From IMG/VR virus record IMGVR_UViG_2526164664_000035: a DNA stretch of 45,710 nucleotides; one strand, 5' to 3'. Positions 1 through 10,956 of the stretch are shown here, piece by piece. Origin of the DNA: a virus. Taxonomy: Duplodnaviria; Heunggongvirae; Uroviricota; Caudoviricetes. Every line of letters starts with the position of its first letter. The first letter of the stretch is position 1. A program made the position numbers and the translations under genes. The notes beneath the pieces were generated by a model that saw only the letters and a program-made list of their open reading frames with translations, made no database searches and was not told the DNA's origin.

Positions 1-1158
1 ATGCTCACCGTTAAGCAGATTGAAGCAGCAAAGCCGAAAGAAAAACCATACCGCCTTCTCGATGGTAATGGCCTGTACCTTTATGTTCCTGTATCCGGGA
101 AAAAGGTATGGCAGCTTCGCTACAAGATTGACGGTAAGGAGAAAATCCTGACCGTCGGAAAATATCCGCTAATGACTTTGCAGGAGGCAAGGGATAAGGC
201 ATGGACTGCGAGGAAAGACATCTCGGTTGGCATCGATCCGGTAAAGGCGAAAAAGGCTTCGTCTAACAACAATTCCTTTAGTGCGATTTACAAGGAATGG
301 TACGAGCACAAGAAGCAAGTATGGTCAGTAGGGTATGCGACTGAACTTGCAAAAATGTTTGATGACGACATTTTGCCTATCATCGGCGGCCTTGAAATTC
401 AGGATATTGAGCCGATGCAACTGCTGGAAGTAATCCGCAGATTTGAAGATCGCGGTGCAATGGAGCGAGCAAATAAAGCCCGCAGAAGATGCGGCGAGGT
501 TTTCCGTTACGCTATTGTCACCGGCAGGGCTAAATATAACCCGGCACCTGACCTTGCTGACGCCATGAGGGGATACCGCAAGAAGAACTTCCCGTTTCTT
601 CCTGCAGACCAGATCCCGGCATTCAATAAAGCACTGGCAACATTTTCAGGAAGTATCGTATCGCTCATTGCCACCAAGGTTTTACGCTACACAGCCCTAA
701 GAACAAAAGAGCTTCGTTCCATGCAATGGAAGAACGTCGATTTTGAAAACAGGATTATCACCATTGACGCCAATGTGATGAAGGGACGCAAAATTCATGT
801 TGTCCCGATGTCGGACCAGGTGGTTGAACTTCTCACTACGTTAAGCTCCATCACCAAACCAGTATCAGAATTTGTTTTTGCCGGGCGCAACGATAAGAAG
901 AAGCCAATCTGCGAGAACGCGGTGCTACTTGTGATCAAACAAATCGGCTATGAGGGTCTGGAAAGCGGTCACGGATTCAGGCATGAATTCAGCACGATTA
1001 TGAACGAGCACGAATGGCCTGCTGACGCTATTGAAGTGCAACTGGCACATGCCAACGGCGGATCTGTGCGCGGTATTTACAACCATGCTCAGTATCTCGA
1101 TAAGCGCAGAGAAATGATGCAATGGTGGGCGGACTGGCTTGATGAAAAGGTGGAGTGA
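1..1158 (+). CDS. int: Tyrosine integrase, P4/IntC-like
   Basis: 385 aa. N-terminus MLTVKQIEAAKPKEKPYRLLDGNGLYL is typical of P4-family integrases; C-terminal catalytic region has R, HGFRH and a terminal Y motif (YNHAQY). ORF begins at the window edge. Confidence 0.9.
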   Translation: MLTVKQIEAAKPKEKPYRLLDGNGLYLYVPVSGKKVWQLRYKIDGKEKILTVGKYPLMTLQEARDKAWTARKDISVGIDPVKAKKASSNNNSFSAIYKEWYEHKKQVWSVGYATELAKMFDDDILPIIGGLEIQDIEPMQLLEVIRRFEDRGAMERANKARRRCGEVFRYAIVTGRAKYNPAPDLADAMRGYRKKNFPFLPADQIPAFNKALATFSGSIVSLIATKVLRYTALRTKELRSMQWKNVDFENRIITIDANVMKGRKIHVVPMSDQVVELLTTLSSITKPVSEFVFAGRNDKKKPICENAVLLVIKQIGYEGLESGHGFRHEFSTIMNEHEWPADAIEVQLAHANGGSVRGIYNHAQYLDKRREMMQWWADWLDEKVE

Positions 1159-1402
1159 ACCACCTTAACCACTATCGAAGTGCACAAAGCCTTGCAATCC
1201 AGTGCAAAGCTTGTGTGTCTTAGATTTCAGGGTTGCTTTCTTAGGCGTACAGGTTAATGAAATGCATCAAAATACCATTCACATCCACCTCACCCAGTAC
1301 TTCATAACCAACTGTTATCAGTGTATTTCCTCTCAGTTTGGTAAAGTGACAACCCTATGAGTACGAAATCGGTTAGGTGCTATCTGGCTATTGCTCTATT
1401 TA

Positions 1403-2545
1403 TCAAGGTGCTTCTCTAACGGATTCAGTTTTAATTGAAGATACATCTGATTTTTTTTGCATTCTACGAGCGATGGCATGCCCTATGGATACTGATGGTT
1501 TTTCAATAAAGTTATAAGATATGATTGATATAATAAAAGTAGCGCAAATCATAGCTAGAAAAACACCAAATCCTTTACTATCCAATACCCCGTACGGTTT
1601 GAGATATAAAACAGCAAGACTGTATACAACCATATGATTAATGTAAAGTGAATAGGATATTTCACCAACATACGTTAGAATTTTATTTCTATATACATCC
1701 CTACACTTAGAAATAAGGACTATTGGGGCTATAATCATAAATGAATAAGCCCCCCATGCTACAATTCCAGGTCCATTCCTTAACCCTAGACATAAAAAAA
1801 GCAAGGCAATCGCTAATGTAATATTAAGAAATTGAACAACAGGCATTTTATTTATAAGTCTAGAAGGTAGCCTAATGTAGGCCTCTGCAATAATCATCCC
1901 CAAAATAAAGTCATATATTATTGGATTTGATACAAATACCAGATTACGAATAATTCCATCACCAGATGGCGGTTGCGCGATAGGATTTAGAAAAACATCT
2001 CCGTGAAAGTACAGTTGACCAAGAACGCAAATAATGATGAGAAGAAATGATGCGATCGCAGTTCTATATTTATGGCTGATGCATAATGAAAAAAAGAAAA
2101 CCACATAGAACCAAATTTCATACGTTAGTGTCCATGCAGGTATTATTATACTATAACCTGACCATGGCCCTATAAAATTATAGTCAATTGGTATGAGCAA
2201 GTAGCTCTTTATTATTTGTGATGATGTATATATTGCCTCATAGTTGAGGTATATAGCCAGAGTAAGGATTATAAAGTAAACAGGGTACAACCTAAAAAAA
2301 CGCTTAGCAGCAAACACCATTGGCCGGTTTTTTGCCTTATTCATTGAAGAATAAGTAATGATAAATCCACTTATAACAAAGAATATATCAACACCAACCT
2401 CACCTATACCAAAAAGAATGTCGCCCAAGTCCTTTTGGGCATACACTCCATTTAAATATACTCTAAAGTGAAACGCAATGACTAGAAGTACCGCGATCCC
2501 TCTAAGGACTTGAATAGAGTCTAACTTATTTGTTTTTCTTTCCAT
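1403..2545 (-). CDS. Acyltransferase-3 family integral membrane protein, probable O-antigen O-acetyltransferase (serotype-conversion moron)
   Basis: 380 aa with many predicted TM helices; N-terminus LRGIAVLLVIAFHF is typical of OafA/Oac-type acyltransferases. Visibly AT-rich. Sits between int and tailspike as oac does in Sf6. Confidence 0.7.
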   Translation of the reverse strand: MERKTNKLDSIQVLRGIAVLLVIAFHFRVYLNGVYAQKDLGDILFGIGEVGVDIFFVISGFIITYSSMNKAKNRPMVFAAKRFFRLYPVYFIILTLAIYLNYEAIYTSSQIIKSYLLIPIDYNFIGPWSGYSIIIPAWTLTYEIWFYVVFFFSLCISHKYRTAIASFLLIIICVLGQLYFHGDVFLNPIAQPPSGDGIIRNLVFVSNPIIYDFILGMIIAEAYIRLPSRLINKMPVVQFLNITLAIALLFLCLGLRNGPGIVAWGAYSFMIIAPIVLISKCRDVYRNKILTYVGEISYSLYINHMVVYSLAVLYLKPYGVLDSKGFGVFLAMICATFIISIISYNFIEKPSVSIGHAIARRMQKKSDVSSIKTESVREAP

Positions 2546-2615
2546 ATCAAAATGTGTTTTACTGATTTTTTTTAAACATACCAGATCAAAGTAATCATTT
2601 CAATACATAGGTCTT

Positions 2616-4739
2616 TTAAAAGTTTCCCTCTGATAAGAAAGAATAGGTTCCTGGCCCACCTGGAATATTGCATGTCCATGCCTTTGGTTGTCCTGAAGCA
2701 GGTGCGCTATTGATAACACGCTCACCTATATCCCAGAAACCGGATGTAGGTACTGACGAAAGATAAAATGTTGTTTTTTCAACTTGCAACGCGTTTGATG
2801 GCATTCCATATGCACATAGAGAAGGTGAGTTTATGAGTACATTTCCTGAACCATAATTTCTTATACCAACATTTATAGCTGTATCAGTTTCGTATATATA
2901 CACACCACAACTAACATAGCTCCATTTCCCATTACCAGCTAAAGGTGCTGTAGAGTCTGTTTGTCCTGCACCATTAATTATAAACATAAGTTTTGACGCT
3001 GATCCCTGGTCATTGACCCACGCACCAAACCATACAAATTTCCCTTTTAGTTCTGGTGATTTGTTGAGGTCTATCGTTCGTCCCCAAACTCTATCTCCTG
3101 TCGTAACTAAGAATGAATAATTACCAGCATAGATGTTTTGAGTTTTTATCAATGTTCCTGTAGTTCCAGATGCCGCAGTCCAGAGCAACATATTTCGATC
3201 AAGATAGTTAGCAGTTAACTCTCTGTTCGCAATATCTATTAAATGCGCAGTGTCAGGGTTTTGTGTCGCCGGGTCATAACTACCAACGTATCCGATGGAG
3301 TTCACTGTGTTGTTGGCAAGATATAGCCTGTCAGTAACTTTGGACGAAAGATTATTGTGGTACATTGCTAATAAATTATTCACTTTCGATGCGTCTAATA
3401 ACTGATTATTTTCAATCGTCAGGTTTTTCGCATAGTTCGTGAAAATAAATCCGTCTTGGTTAGGTAGCGCGCTGGCGTAGCCAATCGCGGTCTGCTGATT
3501 CCCGCGAATAGATACGGTATCATTAATTTTTGAAAGGTCAGGAATTAATGTAAAATTGTTCGCGATAAGGTGGATATCCGCACGTACTGTAATAGACTCA
3601 GGTACACTATACGGGTAACCAATCTCACCGTTGCGTTCCCAATAGTTAGCATCAAGGTTAAGGCCTTTAACCCCGTAAGCCAAAAGTCCGTAGAACTTAT
3701 TTTGCTCTATATTGTTGCCATTAACTCTGACGCTCATACCGCCCTCAGCGTAAGCTGGCGTAAGTAAAACTCCACCGGCTCCGTTACCATAGATACGGCT
3801 GTTGATTATATTAATATTATTGCAGTAACCACCAACATTAATACCGTTACCGGCGTTTTGAAACAACCGGCACCCAATGATGTCAATGGAGTAACCGTTA
3901 ACTAATATTGCGTTGTTATTAGTATTAACCACGTCAATATTTTCTATTTTAATGTGGTTGGCTTCAGTAAGACTGATGCCGTTAGCTGCGTAGCCATTTC
4001 CGTCAAGACCAAAGTCCCTGAACTCGCAGAACGTAATTACCCCATCTTGTTGCGTGATTATCGGTGCCGCTGTACCCGTAGAGAAAATTCTGGACTGATA
4101 TGCGCCAGCACCTCGTATCATGGTGACAGTATTCTTAATCGTAATACCAGGGTCAACAATGAACGCCCCCTCTGGTATAACAATCTCAGTTGGCAACGTA
4201 GCATCATCAATAGCCTTCTGAAATGCAGCTTTGTTCTGAGCACCGGTGTTTCCCTCAGCAAACCCGTAGTCTGTAAGCGTCCTCAGGTCGATAGTTAGCT
4301 TTTTTGAGAGAATGGTCGATGTGCTATCGACAAACTGTGGGTTATGCATGACTAGAGAGTCGCCAAGTGAGTGATCTTCGCTCAGGAGATTGCCCTTAAA
4401 CTGATCTGGATCATACTTTAGCACATTCGGAAAATAGAACTGCTGCGCACCGTATGCATCATAAACAGCCATAGAATGGCCTTGCACAGTTACGAACTTG
4501 GCAATCTGTCCGTTATATACAGGGTAACCAGCAGCGTTAATGATGATTGGTTGCGAAACAGGAACGTGAGAACCGTCTTCGTTTTCCACATAAACCTGAA
4601 TCTGGTTTTCTGGATTTACCGGGTCAGTGTCAATTTTACCGATATAAATTTTTCCATTGGCTACGGCTTTAAAAGAGCGAGACATAGTGAAGAGTTGCGA
4701 AGGCATGCTGACCACAACATTTGCGGTGATATCTGACAT
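2616..4739 (-). CDS. Tailspike protein (P22 gp9-type head-binding N-terminal domain plus beta-helix receptor-binding domain)
   Basis: N-terminus [43 protein letters not shown] closely matches the remembered P22/Sf6/HK620 tailspike head-binding domain. Asn/Gly-rich repeats suggest a parallel beta-helix. Start moved to the internal Met at 4739, which has a GGAG RBS. Confidence 0.85.
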   Translation of the reverse strand: MSDITANVVVSMPSQLFTMSRSFKAVANGKIYIGKIDTDPVNPENQIQVYVENEDGSHVPVSQPIIINAAGYPVYNGQIAKFVTVQGHSMAVYDAYGAQQFYFPNVLKYDPDQFKGNLLSEDHSLGDSLVMHNPQFVDSTSTILSKKLTIDLRTLTDYGFAEGNTGAQNKAAFQKAIDDATLPTEIVIPEGAFIVDPGITIKNTVTMIRGAGAYQSRIFSTGTAAPIITQQDGVITFCEFRDFGLDGNGYAANGISLTEANHIKIENIDVVNTNNNAILVNGYSIDIIGCRLFQNAGNGINVGGYCNNINIINSRIYGNGAGGVLLTPAYAEGGMSVRVNGNNIEQNKFYGLLAYGVKGLNLDANYWERNGEIGYPYSVPESITVRADIHLIANNFTLIPDLSKINDTVSIRGNQQTAIGYASALPNQDGFIFTNYAKNLTIENNQLLDASKVNNLLAMYHNNLSSKVTDRLYLANNTVNSIGYVGSYDPATQNPDTAHLIDIANRELTANYLDRNMLLWTAASGTTGTLIKTQNIYAGNYSFLVTTGDRVWGRTIDLNKSPELKGKFVWFGAWVNDQGSASKLMFIINGAGQTDSTAPLAGNGKWSYVSCGVYIYETDTAINVGIRNYGSGNVLINSPSLCAYGMPSNALQVEKTTFYLSSVPTSGFWDIGERVINSAPASGQPKAWTCNIPGGPGTYSFLSEGNF

Positions 4740-4860
4740 TTCATTGCTCCAGAAGAATGATATGATGCAACCATGATGTGATTGCATACCGAAATGGTAC
4801 TATTGAGTATTTATCCAGTAGGTTACGATGCCATTCCACCCAACTGGTGAGGCATCAAGG

Positions 4861-5127
4861 ATGTACAGCAAATACGACGAGGCGCAGTTTCACTTGAGAC
4901 TTCCGCATGAACTCCACGCGAAAATTAAACAGCGCGCGAAGATGAATAACAGGTCGCTGAACTCAGAGATAATTGCAGCGATTGAAGAATCGTTGGCTAA
5001 ACAAAGCTCTGCATCCGTTTACATTGATGATGCAGAGCGTATGGCAGAACAACAATCTGATATGGTTAAGAAAATGGTTTTTGAAACGCTTAAGACCATG
5101 TATAGCAATAATAAAAAGGAAACATAG
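4861..5127 (+). CDS. mnt: Mnt-like ribbon-helix-helix repressor
   Basis: FHLRLPHELHAKIKQRAKMNNRSLNSEI and DDAERMAEQQSDMVKKMVFETLK resemble remembered P22 Mnt. Start chosen at the internal Met with an AAGGA RBS. Confidence 0.65.
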   Translation: MYSKYDEAQFHLRLPHELHAKIKQRAKMNNRSLNSEIIAAIEESLAKQSSASVYIDDAERMAEQQSDMVKKMVFETLKTMYSNNKKET

Positions 5128-5197
5128 AAATCTAGTTTCCGGCTAAAATGGCATTGCCTTCATGATATCCTGTGAAAAACTAAGGAGAGTTAACCAT

Positions 5198-5683
5198 ATG
5201 AAAAAATCACTGTTAATTATCCCGCTTCTGCTGGTTGGATGCGCAAAAGTAAGTGACTATCAAGCAAGTTGCGAACAACGCTATCAAAAGCTTAGCGATA
5301 TGGCTAATTGCCTTGATGCCAGTGTGAAGAACGACTCACGCATGGCATCAGCACCAACACCTAAGCTGTATGTCCTTGCTGCAAAGATGCTCGGGAAAGG
5401 TGTCGATGAAGGCAAGATAAGTGACGCACAGGCAAGACTTGAGCTTCAGAATCTTTATGTTCAATTACAAAGCCAAGAACAAGCCCAACAAATAGCACAA
5501 AGCCAAGCATTCCAGCAGGCTTTATTGAATTATCAGGCTGTAAACACAATGCAAGCGATCGAGCAAAAAGCGCGCCAGCCTGTTATAACTCAACCTTACC
5601 CAACACGCGTTGACACATATACAAACTGCAATTCAGGATTTGGAAACACGGTAACATGCAACAGTAGCAGTAATATCAGGTAG
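5198..5683 (+). CDS. Lipoprotein of unknown function (phage moron)
   Basis: MKKSLLIIPLLLVGC signal peptide with lipobox; Gln-rich mature part. AAGGAG RBS upstream of the internal Met at 5198. Opposite strand to the late operon. Confidence 0.5.
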   Translation: MKKSLLIIPLLLVGCAKVSDYQASCEQRYQKLSDMANCLDASVKNDSRMASAPTPKLYVLAAKMLGKGVDEGKISDAQARLELQNLYVQLQSQEQAQQIAQSQAFQQALLNYQAVNTMQAIEQKARQPVITQPYPTRVDTYTNCNSGFGNTVTCNSSSNIR

Positions 5684-5697
5684 TTACATCTTATCTT

Positions 5698-7545
5698 TTA
5701 TTGCTGTTCTGCTGTAATTTGGCTTGAGAGTATAGGGCGTATCGCATTTGCAGCATTATTTAGCGCTCTTTCATAGGCTGGTGTTCCTGCTTTGGTGTTT
5801 GCCAAACGTAAGAGAGCATTCCTTGCTGCTTTGGACTCATACAAGCGCATCATTGCACCGAAACCAGCCTCAAGCCCCATTGATACGCCAAGAGTCGCAG
5901 TTGCGCCAATCGTCCTTATCCTGTTGGCTTGCGATTGCCCAGTCTGAGTTACTACATTTGCGGTGTCTGACCTTGCTGTTTTCTGTAGAACTTCATGAAG
6001 AGAATCAAGCTCTTTCATGTGCTTTCCAGAAAAAATAGTGTTGTAAATTTCACCACCTGACTGAGATTTCAGCTTATTAACTTCAGTGATGAACTTGGCT
6101 GGAGAGTCACCGGCCTTTTCCGCTATTTTGCTGACGTAAGCTGCACGCATAGCATCTTTCCCTTTATCATCCAATGCGCTCCAGATTCGTTTCACGTCAG
6201 ATGGTTTTCTGCTTAATACAACAGTATTTATAAGTTCAGGACTGGCTTCACTGCTTGCCTTGTTGAGCTTGTTAGCAATGTTTTTATTAAGCACCTTATT
6301 ATAAACGTTTGCATAATCGGAATTTGCTTTAAGGTATTTTGCTGCGTCTGACGCACCGAGGTTTTTTGCAACTGCGTTACGAAGGTCTTTTGACATTGCA
6401 TTCTCTACCATATTGGTAGCTGCTTTTGCCTGGTTGGGGAAGACCATAGCATCTCCCTGAACATTAGATCTAAATGCTGTTCTGTGCTGACGCAAGAGAT
6501 CAAACGTAACATCCAAATCAGTTGCAGGGTTTGCTAATTCTTCACGCAGGTTACGCAAGGATGTAAGCAGGCTTTGATTGGCTGAAGTCCCAAGCCGTTC
6601 CTGTCTTGCGATCGCTGTATTCAGAGCATTCATGGTATTTGTAGTATCAACTGCGGCATTACCCATTTTATTGGTGACGTCATTGATAACAGCGCCAGCA
6701 GCATCCTTCCGCCCCCTTAACGTGGTGGTCAGAGATTTCACCACATCATCAGGGTTGTACTCACCAAAACGGTCAAAATAATTGCTTACCAGCTTACTAC
6801 GCGTTGCATATTGCTCTGCTCGCTTTGAGCCCGTCCCGAGCAAAGCCCCCTCGGCATCCTGAGTAAGGCCGCGAGTGAAAGCATTTTTCGGCGGGATAAC
6901 ATCAGATGTCATTGGTGTCACGCCCATCGATTCTGATGTGGCAATTTTCTTCGCCACTTCTGGCGCAATATCACCTTTTATAGCCGTTATTCCACGCCCT
7001 ATTCCCTTTGCTGCTGCGGAAAGAACACCCTGAGCGGCAAGGTTAACTCCGGCATTTTTAGCTGCATTTTGTGCGAAATCGCCTTTCTGATTTGCGGCCT
7101 CTGCCAGCGATCCAATAGCCATGCTTCCTGCCGTTCCAACTCCTGGAACTAAATACCCACCAATTGTTTCACCGGCTTGTGCGTATGGGTCTGTCGGTTT
7201 GTCTACTGGACGATAAACATCATCCAAAACTTTTGGCCCACCAAGCCCCTGACTGATTGCATTAATCAGACTTGCGCCACCCTGCAATACGTCAAATGGT
7301 ATGTTTACCAGACCACGACCAGCCTGTTCTGCAATTTGCCCTGCACTTTGACCACCAGTGAGCCAATCGCCAGCTTGTTGCATCAATGATGGTTCGTCCC
7401 GTGTTGGTGCATTATTGGCCTGATTAACTGTTTGTTGCTGAACAGCCTGACCAGCAAAATACTCATCAATGGCGGTGCCAATATCTTCGGTGCTCGTACC
7501 ATCAGGAAAGGTAAATGTCTTACCGTTTGCAGTTACTTTCATCAT
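5698..7545 (-). CDS. DNA ejection (injection) protein, P22 gp16-position
   Basis: 615 aa, Ala/Gly/Asn-rich, at the position and size of P22 gene 16 (609 aa) adjacent to the tailspike region. Assigned by synteny and size. Confidence 0.6.
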   Translation of the reverse strand: MMKVTANGKTFTFPDGTSTEDIGTAIDEYFAGQAVQQQTVNQANNAPTRDEPSLMQQAGDWLTGGQSAGQIAEQAGRGLVNIPFDVLQGGASLINAISQGLGGPKVLDDVYRPVDKPTDPYAQAGETIGGYLVPGVGTAGSMAIGSLAEAANQKGDFAQNAAKNAGVNLAAQGVLSAAAKGIGRGITAIKGDIAPEVAKKIATSESMGVTPMTSDVIPPKNAFTRGLTQDAEGALLGTGSKRAEQYATRSKLVSNYFDRFGEYNPDDVVKSLTTTLRGRKDAAGAVINDVTNKMGNAAVDTTNTMNALNTAIARQERLGTSANQSLLTSLRNLREELANPATDLDVTFDLLRQHRTAFRSNVQGDAMVFPNQAKAATNMVENAMSKDLRNAVAKNLGASDAAKYLKANSDYANVYNKVLNKNIANKLNKASSEASPELINTVVLSRKPSDVKRIWSALDDKGKDAMRAAYVSKIAEKAGDSPAKFITEVNKLKSQSGGEIYNTIFSGKHMKELDSLHEVLQKTARSDTANVVTQTGQSQANRIRTIGATATLGVSMGLEAGFGAMMRLYESKAARNALLRLANTKAGTPAYERALNNAANAIRPILSSQITAEQQ

Positions 7546-8948
7546 TCCACCGTAAATTGAATGCCTGATTTTGAGGTATATGATCCAACCTGATTCCGTG
7601 GTTCTCCTGAAGGTGTCGAATCTTGTGCTGGCGCTGCGTCAGTATTCATTGACATATACCGCTTAACGGCACTCCCCAATGATTCACCTTTTTTAACATC
7701 CAACCCCAATATCTGACCGCCATTACGCGATTGTCCAGGGTTGCCATTCGCGCTCATCCACTCGGCTTTAAACTCATTAAACTGCGCGTTTCGTCGCTCA
7801 AGGTTTGCCATTGCATCAAGCCATCTTGCGACCGTCTCAGGGTTATCCATGTCAGTTGGCGCACCCTGTCGAACGATCTCAACGTCTTTATCCGTTGCTG
7901 GGCCGGGAGGTAGGAATTTAAGAACCTGACTGTTAACAAGGGCATTTTGGCGAATGCGCAAATCACGCAATGTTGTATCGCTTCCGGTAAGTTTTGCGAA
8001 CATGTTCTGTGCGTTACCGAACAAACCTGTCGTTGGTTTTTCTGCTCTGAACTGTTGAGCAAGCGCACTCATAGAATTGGCTGAGTTTGATGATGCTGTA
8101 GCATTGTTTACAGCCGTCTCGATGCCTTTTTCCATGTTTACTGACAGCTTAGGTGCTTCGCTAATCAACTGCTGAGCCTTTTCCTGCGCTTGCTGCATCT
8201 TAAACCCGAACTCTTGCTGATCCAGAGCCAAGCGTTGTGCTGCGATATTGTGCCCAGTCATTGCTGACTGATAGGAAAGGTTTTGCCCTCTCGCCTGAAG
8301 TGCTTCTCCAGCCTGATTGCTGCGGATTGTCTCTGCCAGTCTGCCTCGGTCAATTTCACGACCAGCCATCTTGTCCTGAACATTGAAGTAATCAATTGGA
8401 CCAAGAGCAGCCATTCCAAGGTGATCAACAAACTCACCAAATCCTGAAGGGTTCTGCTGATACATCTGAGCAACGCTGTTAGGGTCAACACCGACGCGAG
8501 TCAGTTCCTTGGCGTTGTTTTGCAGCCATGATTGCATTGCTTCTGGAGACGATGACGCAAGGCGTGCGCCAGCCGCTAAGGTGCCGATAGAATTACGCTG
8601 GTCTTCATCAATGAATCCCATGCCTTTACGAACGGATTCAATCTGGTCTGGATATTGAGTAGCCAACTGACGCAAAGCACCGCGATCACCAGACGCATAA
8701 GCATTAGCGTACGCCTGCTGAAATTCTTTCTGCCGCTGAGCCTGCTTTTCCTGCTGAAACACCCCTGCAATACCTGAAAGGCCTTGCAAAGCAGTCAGCC
8801 CAACATTGTTAGCGCCTGAACGATCAATATCATTGTTCTGCCTGATAAGCTGAAGCGTATTGCCGATGTCATTTACGCTCGGAGCGTTTGAGTTGACGCC
8901 GCCGATACCAGCCAACAATCCGCCGTTTGTTCCTTGCCAAGTAGCCAT
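7542..8948 (-). CDS. DNA ejection protein, P22 gp20-position
   Basis: 468 aa, matching P22 gp20 in size and order. Start overlaps the downstream gene stop, consistent with translational coupling. Confidence 0.6.
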   Translation of the reverse strand: MATWQGTNGGLLAGIGGVNSNAPSVNDIGNTLQLIRQNNDIDRSGANNVGLTALQGLSGIAGVFQQEKQAQRQKEFQQAYANAYASGDRGALRQLATQYPDQIESVRKGMGFIDEDQRNSIGTLAAGARLASSSPEAMQSWLQNNAKELTRVGVDPNSVAQMYQQNPSGFGEFVDHLGMAALGPIDYFNVQDKMAGREIDRGRLAETIRSNQAGEALQARGQNLSYQSAMTGHNIAAQRLALDQQEFGFKMQQAQEKAQQLISEAPKLSVNMEKGIETAVNNATASSNSANSMSALAQQFRAEKPTTGLFGNAQNMFAKLTGSDTTLRDLRIRQNALVNSQVLKFLPPGPATDKDVEIVRQGAPTDMDNPETVARWLDAMANLERRNAQFNEFKAEWMSANGNPGQSRNGGQILGLDVKKGESLGSAVKRYMSMNTDAAPAQDSTPSGEPRNQVGSYTSKSGIQFTVE

Positions 8949-8957
8949 GATTACCCC

Positions 8958-9650
8958 TTAAAACAACGAGCCAAGCAATCCGATACCAGCACCAATGCCA
9001 GCGCCCCAAGGCGTTGATGTTCCCAAAAGGCTGGCAAGACCTGCACCGGCAATCGCACCAGATGTGCCGCCGCTAATTGCAGTCTGAAGACTTGATGGTT
9101 TATTGGCATTAGCAGCGGCAAGTGCTGCGCTTTGCTGTGCAATGCTGCTCATGTTGTTGGCGTACGTCTGCCCGGCGTTTGCCTGACCTTGCAGTGCACC
9201 AAGCCCAACGTTTGCCAGATTGTTGTAATTGCTCATCTGATTTGATAACCAAGACTGACCGAGTGTCGGCGCGATCGTAGCCAGTTGATTGCTTGTGGCT
9301 GTCGAACCAAGTCCACCCGTCGCCTCCGCAGCAGCAAGACTCTGGTAACGAGCCTGACCTGCAAGGTCTTTATACTGCTGAGAGTTGTAATACTGATTAA
9401 GTGCCTGCCCCTGACCTTCTAAACTGGAAAGATTCTGAAGCTGGTTAACATACTGCTCCGCAAGCGGCGTGAACGGAGCAAGGTTTTTCATGATCGTCTG
9501 CCACTGCTGATTTTGCAGGTCTGCGGCATACTTCTGAGCTTCTGCTGCATACTTTGCGCTTTTATCAGAGCTGCCACCTTTCCCGCCTTTTTCAGGGCAA
9601 TAAGGTTCCTCGCCGCGCAGTTTTCTGCCCAGCTTAAATGCATATAACAT
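8958..9650 (-). CDS. DNA ejection protein, P22 gp7-position
   Basis: 230 aa, Gln/Ala-rich with a Gly-rich hydrophobic C-terminus. Assigned by size and order. Confidence 0.55.
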   Translation of the reverse strand: MLYAFKLGRKLRGEEPYCPEKGGKGGSSDKSAKYAAEAQKYAADLQNQQWQTIMKNLAPFTPLAEQYVNQLQNLSSLEGQGQALNQYYNSQQYKDLAGQARYQSLAAAEATGGLGSTATSNQLATIAPTLGQSWLSNQMSNYNNLANVGLGALQGQANAGQTYANNMSSIAQQSAALAAANANKPSSLQTAISGGTSGAIAGAGLASLLGTSTPWGAGIGAGIGLLGSLF

Positions 9651-9652
9651 AG

Positions 9653-10108
9653 CTATCTCCCGTGATTCAGGAAGTCGATTAGTTCTTCGCGTGTGGCGCT
9701 GTAAAACGTCACGTCATCCACGCCTTTGAAGTATTTCTTGATGGTTCCTACACGCTTAAGGCCAATCATTGCGCAGTACATCTGACCGTGGCGGAATTTG
9801 CGCGCAGCGAACGATGTGACGCACTGAACGGTGGTGTTAGTCAGAATGTATCGCCAGAACGCCAGCCCGATTTCCTTGCTGAATCCACGAACCTCTGGCA
9901 GGTACATGGCGTGGCAATCGAATGTAAGCGGCTGAATTTCCTGATAGTAAACAATGCCGCCAAACTGACCGTACACGTTAACCTCAAAGTAACGGCATTC
10001 AGGCTTGTAGTCGTATCCATCACCGTTGTTGCTTCCGGCAATAATGTCAGGGTGATTTCCGACTGCTTCTATCAGGTCGATGTTTCGCGTTGGTTTGAAC
10101 TGAATCAT
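9653..10108 (-). CDS. gp14-like virion assembly/ejection-associated protein
   Basis: 151 aa ORF between the gp7-like and needle genes. Assigned by synteny only. Confidence 0.45.
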   Translation of the reverse strand: MIQFKPTRNIDLIEAVGNHPDIIAGSNNGDGYDYKPECRYFEVNVYGQFGGIVYYQEIQPLTFDCHAMYLPEVRGFSKEIGLAFWRYILTNTTVQCVTSFAARKFRHGQMYCAMIGLKRVGTIKKYFKGVDDVTFYSATREELIDFLNHGR

Positions 10109-10956
10109 TACTGCTCCGCGATTATCTTGATGGTTGTGGCAGTAAACGCCGCACCATTTGACTGAATGGTTAACGTGCTGCCATTTGTGGCAAGAAAGCC
10201 GTCTTTATCCACGCTGAAGAACGTAGCTAACAGGATGTTATCGGTCGTTGTCGCCGAGTTGCGACTGCTTACCAGTGTGTCAGGAACAGAGCCGGAAAAT
10301 GTTAGTTGCATTGACCTGTTGGCGGTTCCGCTGGGCCACGTCCCGACGATCGACAGCTTGAAGAACAAGGTTTTGTTCTCGTTGAACACAACCATCTTGT
10401 TGTTAACGGTGTCGAAGAATGGTGCCAACGAGCCTGATGACGGCGTGAGCGTTTTCAGCAGGCTAACAAGGTTGGTCGGCGCTGTCGGGATGGTTACAGA
10501 TACGCCAGAGTAAACAACCTCTGACTTCTTGCGAGTAGTGGCATACTCCAGAGCATCAATGCGCGATTCATGGTCTGAAACCTGCGATTCCAGCGACTGA
10601 ACTCTGGTATCAAGCGACGCAATATCGCTTTCATTCTGAGCGATTCGCGTTTCATGTTCCTGAAGAGTTGATTCTGCCTGGCTGATTCGCTCCTCATGAT
10701 TAACAAGCGTTGCTTCCGCAGCAGAAATTCGCTGCTCATGGTCAGCGAGAATCACATCCTGCTCATCGTTCCTGACTTGTGCGTCATAAGCGCCCTGTCC
10801 GGCCTCGTTGGCCTTGTTAGCCACATTACCAACATCAGTACCCTGTGCGATAACGTAAAGCAGATACGACTGCGAGAAGATATTGCGTGGAAGGACTGAT
10901 GTGTCGAGCCGTGTAGCCTGAATGATTACCGGCACATTGAGATTCGAATCCGCCAT
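10108..10956 (-). CDS. Tail needle protein (P22 gp26-like)
   Basis: N-terminus [43 protein letters not shown] matches the remembered gp26 N-terminus; heptad-like coiled-coil repeats; extended C-terminal domain. Confidence 0.8.
   Translation of the reverse strand: MADSNLNVPVIIQATRLDTSVLPRNIFSQSYLLYVIAQGTDVGNVANKANEAGQGAYDAQVRNDEQDVILADHEQRISAAEATLVNHEERISQAESTLQEHETRIAQNESDIASLDTRVQSLESQVSDHESRIDALEYATTRKKSEVVYSGVSVTIPTAPTNLVSLLKTLTPSSGSLAPFFDTVNNKMVVFNENKTLFFKLSIVGTWPSGTANRSMQLTFSGSVPDTLVSSRNSATTTDNILLATFFSVDKDGFLATNGSTLTIQSNGAAFTATTIKIIAEQ

Noticed and set aside
1159-1402. attP or tRNA homology in the int-acyltransferase intergenic region
   Set aside because: No tRNA-like T-arm or CCA-end motif on either strand; the att-like fragments are at the other end of the prophage (27508-27831).
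3570-4736. Plus-strand ORFs 3570-3767, 3954-4298 and 4476-4736 inside the tailspike gene
   Set aside because: They lie wholly antisense within a well-supported long CDS and have no RBS or motifs.
9788-10899. Plus-strand ORFs overlapping the gp14-like and needle genes (9788-10165, 10166-10513, 10696-10899)
   Set aside because: Antisense to a tightly packed, translationally coupled late operon; no independent support.
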